A program made the position numbers and the translations under genes. The notes beneath the pieces are model-generated. The model was given only the letters and a program-made list of their open reading frames with translations, did not search any database and was not told the origin of the DNA. Shown here in pieces: positions 55,623 through 64,000 of a stretch of DNA of 64,000 nucleotides; within the stretch, counting starts at the first letter, position 1; the number at the start of each line of letters is the position of its first letter. Source of the stretch: Candidatus Aldehydirespiratoraceae bacterium (GTDB taxonomy: Bacteria > Actinomycetota > Acidimicrobiia > Acidimicrobiales > Aldehydirespiratoraceae); NCBI GenBank assembly GCA_047639555.1, contig JBLIOE010000001.1, positions 45,466 to 109,465 on the forward strand. The letters run 5' to 3'.

Positions 55623-57107
55623 TTACGGCGCCCCGAGCTCCCAGGCGGACTCCGCCGCGGCAACCCCGAGCACACCACGCAGCTCGTCGGCCCGAGCCAT
55701 CGGCAGGTCGACGACCCGCACAAAGTTTGCGGGCCCGATGCCAGCCGTCGACACGACGAGGTCGGCCAGACCAAGGCGCCGCTGGAAGAACGAGGCCGTC
55801 GTAGAGACCGCCTGGACGTTTGTCAGCGGGAGCTGGGTGAGCTGGTGCACCAACACGCCACGACGGGCCACGAGACGCTGAGCGTCGATCGAGATGCCGA
55901 GGCGTTGATAACGGACACGGACGTACCAGATCGTCAACGGCCAGTAGACGACCGACGGCACGATCCCGACCAACAGCGCGGTCTCGAACGAGAGGCCGAC
56001 GCTGGCCGGAAGCATGATGAAGAGATACAGCATGGTCGCTCGCACAAGCGCCCGCCGATTTGTCAGCGGGCTGACCGGCTCAAGCTCGACATCAAAACCG
56101 GGGTCGACGTCGACCGCCCCCTGCACGATCAGCGACACCACATCGGTATGCGCAGCCGGTGAAAGAAGCGGCCGCTGCTTCTGGGCCGCCACGGCCTTGC
56201 CCGTCGCTGCCGCGAACCGAATCTCATGGAGGTCGAGCCATCGAGCGACCGGGCTCGAGGCCACCGTGATGGTCTGGATTCGGTCGGGGCGCACCTCCAC
56301 CTGACGGCGCGAGAGCAACCCGGCCTCGATGGTCAGGGACCGGGGTCCTCGATGGAGAAGGAAACCGCCGTTTTGCATCACCATCGCGCCAACCGATGCT
56401 CCGACGAACAGAACGAACGACGCCACCGCCACCGCCAGCACGAGAAGGCCCGTACGGGCCGTGCTGAGCACCATCGCCACCACCGCGCCGATGAGGAGCG
56501 GTGTGAACACGAGAGCAAGCGCAGGCGTCAGAGTCGCCAACTGAAGGGTAATCAGGTCCCGCAGCGACCCTTCGTGGAGCATTGTCGGAGCGGGTGTCGG
56601 CGCGGGCAACGTTTCACCAGGGACGCTCCCATCCTCGAGTGCAGCCGTCCCATCCGCTCTTGCTGCCGCGAGGGACCGGAGATCCGCGGTCAGCGCTTCG
56701 GCAGCCGATTTACCGAGATATTGGATCTCGATGTCGCCGTCGGCGGAGGCCTCCGACACCTGGACCGACGCCAACCCAAAGGCTCGGGGTATGGCGGCTT
56801 GCGCAACCGTCACCTGCTGAATCCGATTGAGGGGAATCGACTTCTCGTGCCGGTTGAGTACGCCGCTTCGGTACATCACAGCATCGCCGGTCACGACATA
56901 ACGAGTCATGTACCAGCCGAGTCCGCCCGCCCCCACGACAAACACCGCGATCGCGGTACCGACCAGGTTGAACCCGATGCCGCCGCCAACGCCAATCGCG
57001 ATCAGGAAGGGAAAGATGTTGTTGGCGACCATCGTGGCAACCAGGACGATCGTGGTGAGCGGATGCGCCCGGCTCCAATCGATCTCGGCATCCTCAACGG
57101 CGGTCAC
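55623..57107 (-). CDS. YdbT-like membrane protein with bacterial PH (bPH_2) domains
   Basis: Three repeats of GVL/GLL..(R)IQ.V..R.LGL. Confidence 0.88.
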   Translation of the reverse strand: MTAVEDAEIDWSRAHPLTTIVLVATMVANNIFPFLIAIGVGGGIGFNLVGTAIAVFVVGAGGLGWYMTRYVVTGDAVMYRSGVLNRHEKSIPLNRIQQVTVAQAAIPRAFGLASVQVSEASADGDIEIQYLGKSAAEALTADLRSLAAARADGTAALEDGSVPGETLPAPTPAPTMLHEGSLRDLITLQLATLTPALALVFTPLLIGAVVAMVLSTARTGLLVLAVAVASFVLFVGASVGAMVMQNGGFLLHRGPRSLTIEAGLLSRRQVEVRPDRIQTITVASSPVARWLDLHEIRFAAATGKAVAAQKQRPLLSPAAHTDVVSLIVQGAVDVDPGFDVELEPVSPLTNRRALVRATMLYLFIMLPASVGLSFETALLVGIVPSVVYWPLTIWYVRVRYQRLGISIDAQRLVARRGVLVHQLTQLPLTNVQAVSTTASFFQRRLGLADLVVSTAGIGPANFVRVVDLPMARADELRGVLGVAAAESAWELGAP

Positions 57108-57583
57108 CCTCCGAGCTCCGTCCGGATCCGTTCCGCGGTGGCGTCATCAAGATGGGGGATCGACAGATTCGGGGTGTGCGTGCCGGCGGTGTGCACGGTC
57201 ACGGACCGAAGCCCGAGCCAACGATCGAGCGGACCGGTACGAGTCGTGACGGTTTGCACTCGCGAGCGCGGCACCACCTGAGTCGTCCGGCTGATCACGC
57301 CGCTCCGACGCTCGATCCATCGTTCGTCGAGCCCCCATCGCCATTGGCGGTATTGCGCGTCGACCACCAGCAATCTCCCGGCGGCAACCACAACCGCGAC
57401 ACCGAGACCCAACGGAATGACCAACGTGTTGTCGAGAGCGATGGCGAGAGCGACAGAACTGGCGGCCAGAACAAACCCACTCACCAATGCGGAGAGGCGC
57501 CAGAGCTTTCGGACGGACGGCGGAAGCGGTTCAGTCGCGATCGAGAAGGAAGAATCGTTGTTCACCCGACCAGTATCGAACAA
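57104..57583 (-). CDS. YdbS-like PH domain membrane protein
   Basis: GVISRTTQVVPRSRVQTVTTRTGPLDRWLGL..VHTAG; start uncertain. Confidence 0.88.
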   Translation of the reverse strand: MFDTGRVNNDSSFSIATEPLPPSVRKLWRLSALVSGFVLAASSVALAIALDNTLVIPLGLGVAVVVAAGRLLVVDAQYRQWRWGLDERWIERRSGVISRTTQVVPRSRVQTVTTRTGPLDRWLGLRSVTVHTAGTHTPNLSIPHLDDATAERIRTELGG

Positions 57584-57601
57584 GCACCCTCGGCGGCTGT
57601 G

Positions 57602-58438
57602 TCACTCCGCGATCGGATACCAGAAGCCGCCGGCCGTGCCCGGCCCCGTGTGCGCGGCGATCGAGGGGCCGACGCGATAACGCACGATGTCGACGTCCAC
57701 ACTCGAGTCGCGCAGTCGTCGCTCGATACCTTCGGTGAACGGCAGTGTGGCGGGGTCGGCGAGCGCCACCCCGGCCCGGATCGCACGACCCGATTCCAGG
57801 AACGGCGCAACCATTTGATCGCAGAGTTCATCGACTGACGTGCCGCTACTGAGCACGTCAAGGGCGCCACCCATGCCGCCGATCACCATGACGCCGTCGT
57901 GTCCGTCGGGGAGCACAGCCGAGAAGCGCCCGCCCTGTCGCGCGAAGTCGAGCGCTTGAATGATGAACGTGGTGCCCGTCTGCGCTGCGGTCGCTTTGGC
58001 CCGGGCAACAGCTTCAGCCGCCGACCCGCCCGCTATGACAACGCCGGCGGCCTCCCAGGTCGCGCAGGCCACACCAAACGACGCGGTGCCGGAGTCGACG
58101 AGATGGACGGGGATGTCCACATCCGCGGCGGCAAGTCGCGCCGAATTGAGCGTGCCGGAGTGTTCGGCACCGACATGAACCGACACAATTTCTGTCGCAC
58201 CCGCCGCCACCGCTGCTCGATAGTGCTCGGCGATCGTGCCCGGACTCGGCTGCGAGGTCGCGACCTCAGGAAGTTCGCCGCCTTCGAATCGACACCAGAA
58301 GTCGTCGGCGGTGAGGTCAACACCCTCGTGGTAGTCGAGACCGTCAACGGTGACGATGACCGGAACCACATCGACGCCGAGACGCGCCGCAAGGGCGAAG
58401 GGCATCTGTGAGGCGGAGTCAGTGATGACGCGGATCAT
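57602..58438 (-). CDS. DegV family fatty-acid-binding protein
   Basis: ITDSAS, TSQPSPG, SGT, GGR, HTGPG. Confidence 0.93.
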   Translation of the reverse strand: MIRVITDSASQMPFALAARLGVDVVPVIVTVDGLDYHEGVDLTADDFWCRFEGGELPEVATSQPSPGTIAEHYRAAVAAGATEIVSVHVGAEHSGTLNSARLAAADVDIPVHLVDSGTASFGVACATWEAAGVVIAGGSAAEAVARAKATAAQTGTTFIIQALDFARQGGRFSAVLPDGHDGVMVIGGMGGALDVLSSGTSVDELCDQMVAPFLESGRAIRAGVALADPATLPFTEGIERRLRDSSVDVDIVRYRVGPSIAAHTGPGTAGGFWYPIAE

Positions 58439-59076
58439 GCGGCGGCCGCTATGTCCACGACTGACGTGTCGTTGAACGCGTCGACCTTGTCGGCTTCAGC
58501 CGCGAAACGAACGGCGATCACGACCGAGCTGATGAACGCGGCAAGTGGAAGTGAGATCGTCGGTATGACACCACCAGGATTCGCGAGACCCCGCCGCCAC
58601 CAAACCACCGAACATCCGATCCAGGTTGCGCTGGCAACCATGGTCGCCACCCGAGTGCGTTGCCGGAAGAACGGCAACGCCGAGGTGCTCGCGGCCACCG
58701 CGATGTCGACGGGGAGATACGACGGGAACGTGCCGACGACCTGACCGATCGATGCGGCCACGCCCTTGCCGCCAGTGCGGCCAATAGGGAAACAATGGCC
58801 GGACACTGCGGCAGACGATGCGAGGTTCGCGCCGGCCGGTCCGGCCAGTCGCCCACCGACGCGAGCAGCGAGCGCGCCCTTGCCGATATCCATCGCGGTC
58901 ACCGCGAGGCCCCACTTCTTGCCGAGTACATGACTGGCGTTCATTGCCCCCGGATTGTTGGTGCCTTCGGAACGGAGATCAGCCCCCGCAACCCGAGCGG
59001 CGAGGTCCGCTGACGGAAAGTTTCCGATCGCATATCCCGCGGCGCTGGCCGCGAGGAGACGGGCGGTGTCGGTCAT
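58435..59076 (-). CDS. plsY: Glycerol-3-phosphate acyltransferase PlsY family
   Basis: GTNNPGAMN, DIGKG, GHCFP, GGKGVA. Confidence 0.88.
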   Translation of the reverse strand: MTDTARLLAASAAGYAIGNFPSADLAARVAGADLRSEGTNNPGAMNASHVLGKKWGLAVTAMDIGKGALAARVGGRLAGPAGANLASSAAVSGHCFPIGRTGGKGVAASIGQVVGTFPSYLPVDIAVAASTSALPFFRQRTRVATMVASATWIGCSVVWWRRGLANPGGVIPTISLPLAAFISSVVIAVRFAAEADKVDAFNDTSVVDIAAAA

Positions 59077-59226
59077 GCTCGCGACCGTAGCGAGCAAGCC
59101 GTAGCGGGGTGGTAACACACGGACGAGAAACCGTCCGCGGCGGGTGACTATTCCGTTGCGACAAGAATGCTGCGTAACCGCCGCCGCAACCCTCTATCCT
59201 TCTCTGCTGACCGGCTCGCCGGTCGG

Positions 59227-59302
59227 GCCCCGTTCGTCCAGTGGCCTAGGACGCTGGCCTTTCACGCCGGTAACACGGGTTCGAATCCCGTACGGGGTAC
59301 CA
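59227..59302 (+). tRNA. tRNA-Glu(TTC)
   Basis: Acceptor GCCCCGT/ACGGGGT, anticodon loop CT-TTC-AC, GGTTCGAATC, encoded CCA. Confidence 0.96.
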
Positions 59303-59376
59303 CATTTCGGTATCAGGGTCCGCTCATCAGAGCGGGCCCGTCCTCGTTTTAGGCCTACCGATGTAATAGTGAACGG

Positions 59377-60339
59377 GTGACCGTCCGTATGTCTGAGGCA
59401 ATCCGTTTGGAGCCGGCGTTTGATGATCCCGGAGCGATCCGGACGCTGATCGAACGAGCCGGACCGTTCGAGCCGCTCGCCAAGACCGCGCAGACCGACG
59501 AAGAGCGCGAAGCCTCTGATGCCCCGGCCGTCACGTTCGTGCCGCCGTGGTTCCGACGGAACCTTGCGACCGAAGGGGTGTCCCATGTCGATGGCGTCGA
59601 TTTGATACTGCACAACCCGCGCTTCGTCGAGGCCGCGCGTCAGGTGTTCCCCGGTTCGACGATCGTCGAGCCGACCACGGTCTACGTCAACGTCATGGCG
59701 CCCACACCGTTTCCGTTTGTGCCCCATAACGACATCCCCGTGTTCCGCGGCGCCGACCGCTGGAACTGCCCGGTGTGGCTGCTGCAGCGGATGCTGCACT
59801 CTCGTCTGTTTGAGGACGAGCGGGTCACACTCGCCACCGCGGTGACGTGGTTCTACGCTGGCACCGGGGGGTCGTTCTACTACTGGCCGGACGGCCCTGA
59901 GGAAGAGGCGCAGGCCGAACATCCGCCCTTCGGGAACGTGGCAATTGTGGCCGACAACGAGTCGGTCATCCATGGCGTGGGCACTCTCGGCGATGGGGCA
60001 CCGCTCGCCAGCCTGAGTTTCGACGCTATGTGCGATCACGACGCCGCCTCCGGCGATTGGATGATCCACGATCAGGGCGAGTCCGTCACTCACCCGGCGG
60101 CCGATGTGCGCATCACGATCTCATGGAAAGCCGAAGTGTTCGCCGATGAAGCCGAGCGGGCCGCCACCCGAGGGGCGAGCCGGGACCTGCCGATCGAACA
60201 CATCGTGTCGACCTTCCGGGCCGACCTCGCCGCCAACGGTCGAAGCACCACCGCACCGGGCGATCCACTACATGATCTCGAATGGGCCGCGCGGCTCGAA
60301 GAGGCCTATCCGTCGGCCCACGTGAGGATTCCTCGCTAG
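59377..60339 (+). CDS. Hypothetical protein, possible 2OG-Fe(II) oxygenase-like fold
   Basis: PHND (HxD), GGSF, distal VIHGV. Confidence 0.65.
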   Translation: MTVRMSEAIRLEPAFDDPGAIRTLIERAGPFEPLAKTAQTDEEREASDAPAVTFVPPWFRRNLATEGVSHVDGVDLILHNPRFVEAARQVFPGSTIVEPTTVYVNVMAPTPFPFVPHNDIPVFRGADRWNCPVWLLQRMLHSRLFEDERVTLATAVTWFYAGTGGSFYYWPDGPEEEAQAEHPPFGNVAIVADNESVIHGVGTLGDGAPLASLSFDAMCDHDAASGDWMIHDQGESVTHPAADVRITISWKAEVFADEAERAATRGASRDLPIEHIVSTFRADLAANGRSTTAPGDPLHDLEWAARLEEAYPSAHVRIPR

Positions 60340-61058
60340 CCGCGTTCGGCGAGCCGCACGATTGCTTCGTGCTCGATCGCCGCAATCGGTCGACCGTCGA
60401 CGTCAATCCGAATATCGGTCACGACTCGTTCACCAGCTCGGGTCGTGAACCGATCCGTGACCCACGACTCGATCACGGCCGTCTCGCCCGGTCGAGCCAG
60501 GCCGAGATGGCGCACATCGCTTCGGGTGTGCACCCACGGTCCGTCGACCAGTTGTGTGGTGAACACGCGATTGGCCAGCATCGTCCAAACCGCAGGGTGA
60601 ACAATCTGCTCGCGTTCGTAGATCGCGAGGTCCTCGCCGGAGTCTCGGGGCTGGTCGATCCAGTTCGGGCTGAGGACCTCGACCAGTGGCTCGAGCTGAT
60701 CCCCGACGGGATCAGCCACACCATCGTGACCGCGAAAGACGCGAGCGCGGGCCCGCACCTCGCCAGCATGGAGCGCTTCGACCGTCCACCCGTCGTCTTC
60801 CTGCATTGGCACGACGTCGAGCTGCTCATCGGCGAGCGTCGCCGATTTGAAGGCCACCTGGGCGCGGCCCTGCGAAAGCCAGTCGACGCCCCAGGCCTCC
60901 ACGATGGGTCGCGTGAGGTAGCCGTAGACCGTCACCCCCGCGACAACCGCACCGCCGTAACCAGCGGCGATCCCGCCTTCCACGGTGTGGACAGGATTGT
61001 CGGCGTGCACCGGAAGGTTCACAGCAGCGACGGACCACGACTCTAGAGGAGATGACAT
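60336..61058 (-). CDS. Double hotdog (MaoC-like) protein
   Basis: DNPVH..GYGGAVVAG hydratase-like motif, WVHTRS. Confidence 0.75.
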   Translation of the reverse strand: MSSPLESWSVAAVNLPVHADNPVHTVEGGIAAGYGGAVVAGVTVYGYLTRPIVEAWGVDWLSQGRAQVAFKSATLADEQLDVVPMQEDDGWTVEALHAGEVRARARVFRGHDGVADPVGDQLEPLVEVLSPNWIDQPRDSGEDLAIYEREQIVHPAVWTMLANRVFTTQLVDGPWVHTRSDVRHLGLARPGETAVIESWVTDRFTTRAGERVVTDIRIDVDGRPIAAIEHEAIVRLAERG

Positions 61059-61164
61059 AGCGGGAAACTAGCCGCCCGTGAGGAGGAGAGACCGCGGCAA
61101 CTGGGTTGTGATCGCGGTGCTGCTGCCGTACATTTTGTGCTTCGCCCGGTTCGCCGGGCGAGTT

Positions 61165-61242
61165 GGTCCTGTAGATCAGTTTGGAGTGATCGCCACCCTG
61201 TCAAGGTGGAGGCCGCGGGTTCAAATCCCGTCAGGACCGCCA
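61165..61242 (+). tRNA. tRNA-Asp(GTC)
   Basis: Acceptor GGTCCTG/CAGGACC, anticodon loop CT-GTC-AA, GGTTCAAATC, encoded CCA. Confidence 0.96.
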
Positions 61243-61273
61243 CACGGCCACCCTTTTGGGTGGCCGTTTGTGG

Positions 61274-61349
61274 GGTCGGGTAGCTCAGTCGGCAGAGCGA
61301 CCGCCTGAAAAGCGGTAGGTCCGGGGATCGACGCCCCGCCCGACCACCA
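61274..61349 (+). tRNA. tRNA-Phe(GAA)
   Basis: Acceptor GGTCGGG/CCCGACC, anticodon loop CT-GAA-AA, encoded CCA; atypical T-loop ATCGACG. Confidence 0.93.
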
Positions 61350-61355
61350 CCAGTC

Positions 61356-61377
61356 CGACCCGGCCTAGGCCGGGTCG
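61356..61377. terminator. Hairpin after the tRNA pair, facing a convergent gene
   Basis: CGACCCGGCCT/AGGCCGGGTCG palindrome. Confidence 0.55.
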
Positions 61378-61401
61378 TTCATGTTTTCCGCCGCAGTGTT
61401 C

Positions 61402-63558
61402 TTAGCCGACGGCGAGGCCGGCGTGGAAGCCGTCGCTGATGGCACCCTCGATATACCCAATACCGGAGCAATCGCCGATCACCGTGGGTTCGAAGCCGGC
61501 GGCCCGGAACTGGTTAGCGACGGTTTCATCCCCGATCAGACCGGTGGCGATGATCACAGTGTCGGCCTCGATCGAGGCGAGCTGGCCGTCGTCTTCGTCG
61601 CCGAGGGTGTAGCTCACGTTGCCCTCACCAATTTCGGTGACGTCGGCATTGGCAAAGAGCTGGGCGCCGTGATCACGGAGATCGGTGAGCACTCGCCAGC
61701 GCCGAGGGTGGGCCATCTCTTCGGCGAGATGGGCACCGGCTTCGAGTACAACGACCCTGCGGTCGCGATCGACAAGAAACTCGGCCAGCTCGATGCCCAC
61801 GAGCCCGCCACCGATAATCACCACTCGCTTACCGACCGGCATGTAGTACTCGGTGAGCTGGGCCAGACGCTCCGGGTCATTGAGTAGTCCGAGCTTGCGG
61901 CCGACGGTTGCGGCGACCCGAGCGAAGAACGGCAGCTTCTTCAGCGCGCCGGCCACATCGCCGGTGCCGGTGAGCATGGCCCGCAGATCGTCGCCGTCGA
62001 CCACAATGCGTTGCTGCGCCCCGGGGATCGATGAACGCGCTCGAGCCGCGCCGGTGGCAATCACGAGTTCGTCGGGGTTGAGGGCCCGAACCGCTTCGAT
62101 GGTGGCGGGAGTGTTGGTGCGGACGTCGACGCCCAGCTGATCCATTTGCCGATTGAGCCAGTTCAGCAGGCGAAGGTTGGGTTCGTAGACAAGCGCCGCA
62201 AAACGAAGCGAGCCACCCAACCGCGGGGCCGCTTCAAAGATCGTCACCGAATGACCTCTCGTCGCGGCCACGCGGGCGGCTTCCATACCCGCGGGGCCGC
62301 CACCGACCACCACAACCGTTCGGCTAGTGACGGCCTTCGTTCGCTCCACCTCGCCGAGGGCGACCTCGTTGGCGAGCACCGGATTGACTGCACAACGCAC
62401 TCGTTCGTCGAAGAACGGTCGAGCCACACACACGTAGCAATTGATGCACGGACGGATGTCGTCTTCTCGCTGCTCGGCCACCTTGTTGGCCGTCTCCGGA
62501 TCGGCCAACATCTGGCGGCCCATGGCCACCAGGTCAGCCTTGCCGTACGCGATCATGTCGTCGCCCGTCTCCGGGCGGATTCGGCCAACGCCGATCACCG
62601 GCACGTCGACCTTTGTCTTGAGCCGGCCGGTCATCGCCGAATGGGTCGCCTCGCGATGCGGAAGGGTGCCCTCCGTAAAGGCCGACGCCGAAGTCATGTC
62701 GCCGTAGGCGCTCAGGTTGATCGCGTCGGCGCCCGCTTCGACGGCTAGCTGGGCAACCACTTCGGTCTCTTCGAACGTGATGCCATTGGGCGTGGCGTAT
62801 TCAAGCGCATCGAGCCGACACCAGACCGGGAAGTCGTCTCCGACGCGGCGCTTCGTTTCCCGCAGCACGTCACACAACAAGCGAGCGCGGTTCTCAAGGC
62901 AGCCGCCGTATTCGTCGTCGCGAAGGTTCCACTGCCGCGAGATGAACCCCGAGAGTAGATAGCCGTGAGCGCCATGCACCTCGACGGCATCGAACCCCGC
63001 CTTTTTCGCCCGAACGGCGGCCGAGGCGAACAGGTCGATGACGAAGGCGATGTCGTCGGCGTCCATGGGCTTGAGCTTCGGCGCCCCTCCCCCGTTGGCC
63101 TTCGCCATCTTCATCATCTCGTCGACGGTGAGGTCGTTGATCATCGACATCGAGCCGTGCCACTCAGGGATCGACGGCACCAGCACATCGCGCTGTTCCT
63201 TCTGGTCAACACGCGAGACCTTGCCGTGGTGCACGAGCTGCACGGCAATCTTGGCGCCATGTGATTGCACCCGCGAAGTAAGGGTCTTCAGCGGCTCGAT
63301 GAAGGAGTCATCGGAGAGGCCAAGCTGATGGATCGAGTTGGCGCCTCGGGGATACCCCACGGCACACACTTCGGTGATGATGAGGCCAACGCCGCCTCGG
63401 GCCCGCTCCTCGTAGTAGCGAACTATGCCCTCGTTGGCCTTGCCGTCGTGGTCGACAATCTCGACACCCATCGGCGCCATCACCATGCGGTTGCGCACCG
63501 TCATCGAGCCGATAGAAATCGGCGACAACAGGTGACGATATTCAGGGCTCGGCGGCAT
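61402..63558 (-). CDS. NADH:flavin oxidoreductase (OYE / 2,4-dienoyl-CoA reductase-like)
   Basis: NRMVMAPM, HGAHGYL, CINCYVC..C Fe-S motif, GGGPAG; ATG 63558 follows TAGGGT. Confidence 0.93.
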   Translation of the reverse strand: MPPSPEYRHLLSPISIGSMTVRNRMVMAPMGVEIVDHDGKANEGIVRYYEERARGGVGLIITEVCAVGYPRGANSIHQLGLSDDSFIEPLKTLTSRVQSHGAKIAVQLVHHGKVSRVDQKEQRDVLVPSIPEWHGSMSMINDLTVDEMMKMAKANGGGAPKLKPMDADDIAFVIDLFASAAVRAKKAGFDAVEVHGAHGYLLSGFISRQWNLRDDEYGGCLENRARLLCDVLRETKRRVGDDFPVWCRLDALEYATPNGITFEETEVVAQLAVEAGADAINLSAYGDMTSASAFTEGTLPHREATHSAMTGRLKTKVDVPVIGVGRIRPETGDDMIAYGKADLVAMGRQMLADPETANKVAEQREDDIRPCINCYVCVARPFFDERVRCAVNPVLANEVALGEVERTKAVTSRTVVVVGGGPAGMEAARVAATRGHSVTIFEAAPRLGGSLRFAALVYEPNLRLLNWLNRQMDQLGVDVRTNTPATIEAVRALNPDELVIATGAARARSSIPGAQQRIVVDGDDLRAMLTGTGDVAGALKKLPFFARVAATVGRKLGLLNDPERLAQLTEYYMPVGKRVVIIGGGLVGIELAEFLVDRDRRVVVLEAGAHLAEEMAHPRRWRVLTDLRDHGAQLFANADVTEIGEGNVSYTLGDEDDGQLASIEADTVIIATGLIGDETVANQFRAAGFEPTVIGDCSGIGYIEGAISDGFHAGLAVG

Positions 63559-63581
63559 GGCCGTTGACCCTAGATCCAAGC

Positions 63582-63639
63582 CTCCGCTTCTGTGAACCGA
63601 AACCGGCGCTCTGCGCCGGTTTCGGTTCACAGAACGGAG
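63582..63639. repeat. Long perfect inverted repeat (REP-like or terminator)
   Basis: TTCTGTGAACCGAAACCGGCGC-tct-GCGCCGGTTTCGGTTCACAGAA, 22-bp stem extendable by CTCCG/CGGAG. Confidence 0.9.
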
Positions 63640-63643
63640 AGAG

Positions 63644-64000
63644 TTAGGGGCGGATGACGCCGTCGGCGATGGCTTGAGCGGCGACTGCTTCGGCAACGCG
63701 AGGAGCCACGGAACGATCGAACACCGACGGGACCACATAGTCCTTGTTGAGCTCGTCGTCGCTCACGCACTCAGCGATGGCCTTGGCCGCCACGACCTTC
63801 ATGTTCTCCGTCACACTGTGGGCGTTGGCGTCGAGCGCACCACGGAAAATTCCGGGGAAGGCGAGCACGTTGTTGATCTGGTTCGGGAAGTCGGAACGAC
63901 CGGTGGCCATCACCGCCGCGAGGCCGTCGGCCTCTTCCGGACGAATTTCTGGATCGGGGTTCGCCATGGCGAAGACGATCGGATCCTTGGCCATCTTGCG
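63644..64000 (-). CDS. NAD(P)-dependent malic enzyme, C-terminal part
   Basis: FAMANPDPEI, ATGRSDFPNQINNVLAFPGIFRGALD. Confidence 0.95.
   Translation of the reverse strand, partial: RKMAKDPIVFAMANPDPEIRPEEADGLAAVMATGRSDFPNQINNVLAFPGIFRGALDANAHSVTENMKVVAAKAIAECVSDDELNKDYVVPSVFDRSVAPRVAEAVAAQAIADGVIRP

Noticed and set aside
63559-63738. N-terminal extensions in the ORF track (also 6715, 28406, 30426, 33302, 36508, 40312, 54027)
   Set aside because: They overlap neighbouring genes or hairpins; downstream starts match family N-termini and promoter or RBS signals.

Overview
High-GC Actinomycetota chromosomal window, most consistent with Acidimicrobiia (inferred from gene content: WhiB7, ClpS-DUF2017, DUF3499, DUF3152, Thr-rich lipoproteins). 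It is densely coding core genome; no transposase, integrase, prophage or CRISPR array was seen. It runs from the 3' part of cysS through many metabolic genes (thiolase, 3-hydroxyacyl-CoA dehydrogenase, GH3 glucosidase, D-aminoacylase, msrA, aspartokinase, dut, orn, pdxH, two fluC, serS), a heme-copper oxidase cluster (43-53.4 kb), three tRNAs (Glu, Asp, Phe), and ends in a malic enzyme. The most striking signal is a three-gene module at the head of an intact caa3-type oxidase operon: a full-length subunit I paralog lacking all six heme/Cu histidines and the proton-channel residues, a degenerate subunit III paralog, and a CtaF-like protein. Other notable items: a whiB7 gene with a uORF/terminator attenuator, a 32-bp tandem repeat whose units are stop/start-coupled mini-ORFs between clpS and DUF2017, a long convergent gene overlap, pervasive leaderless promoters, and two internally deleted gene remnants. 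All family calls come from motif recognition by eye; no searches were run.
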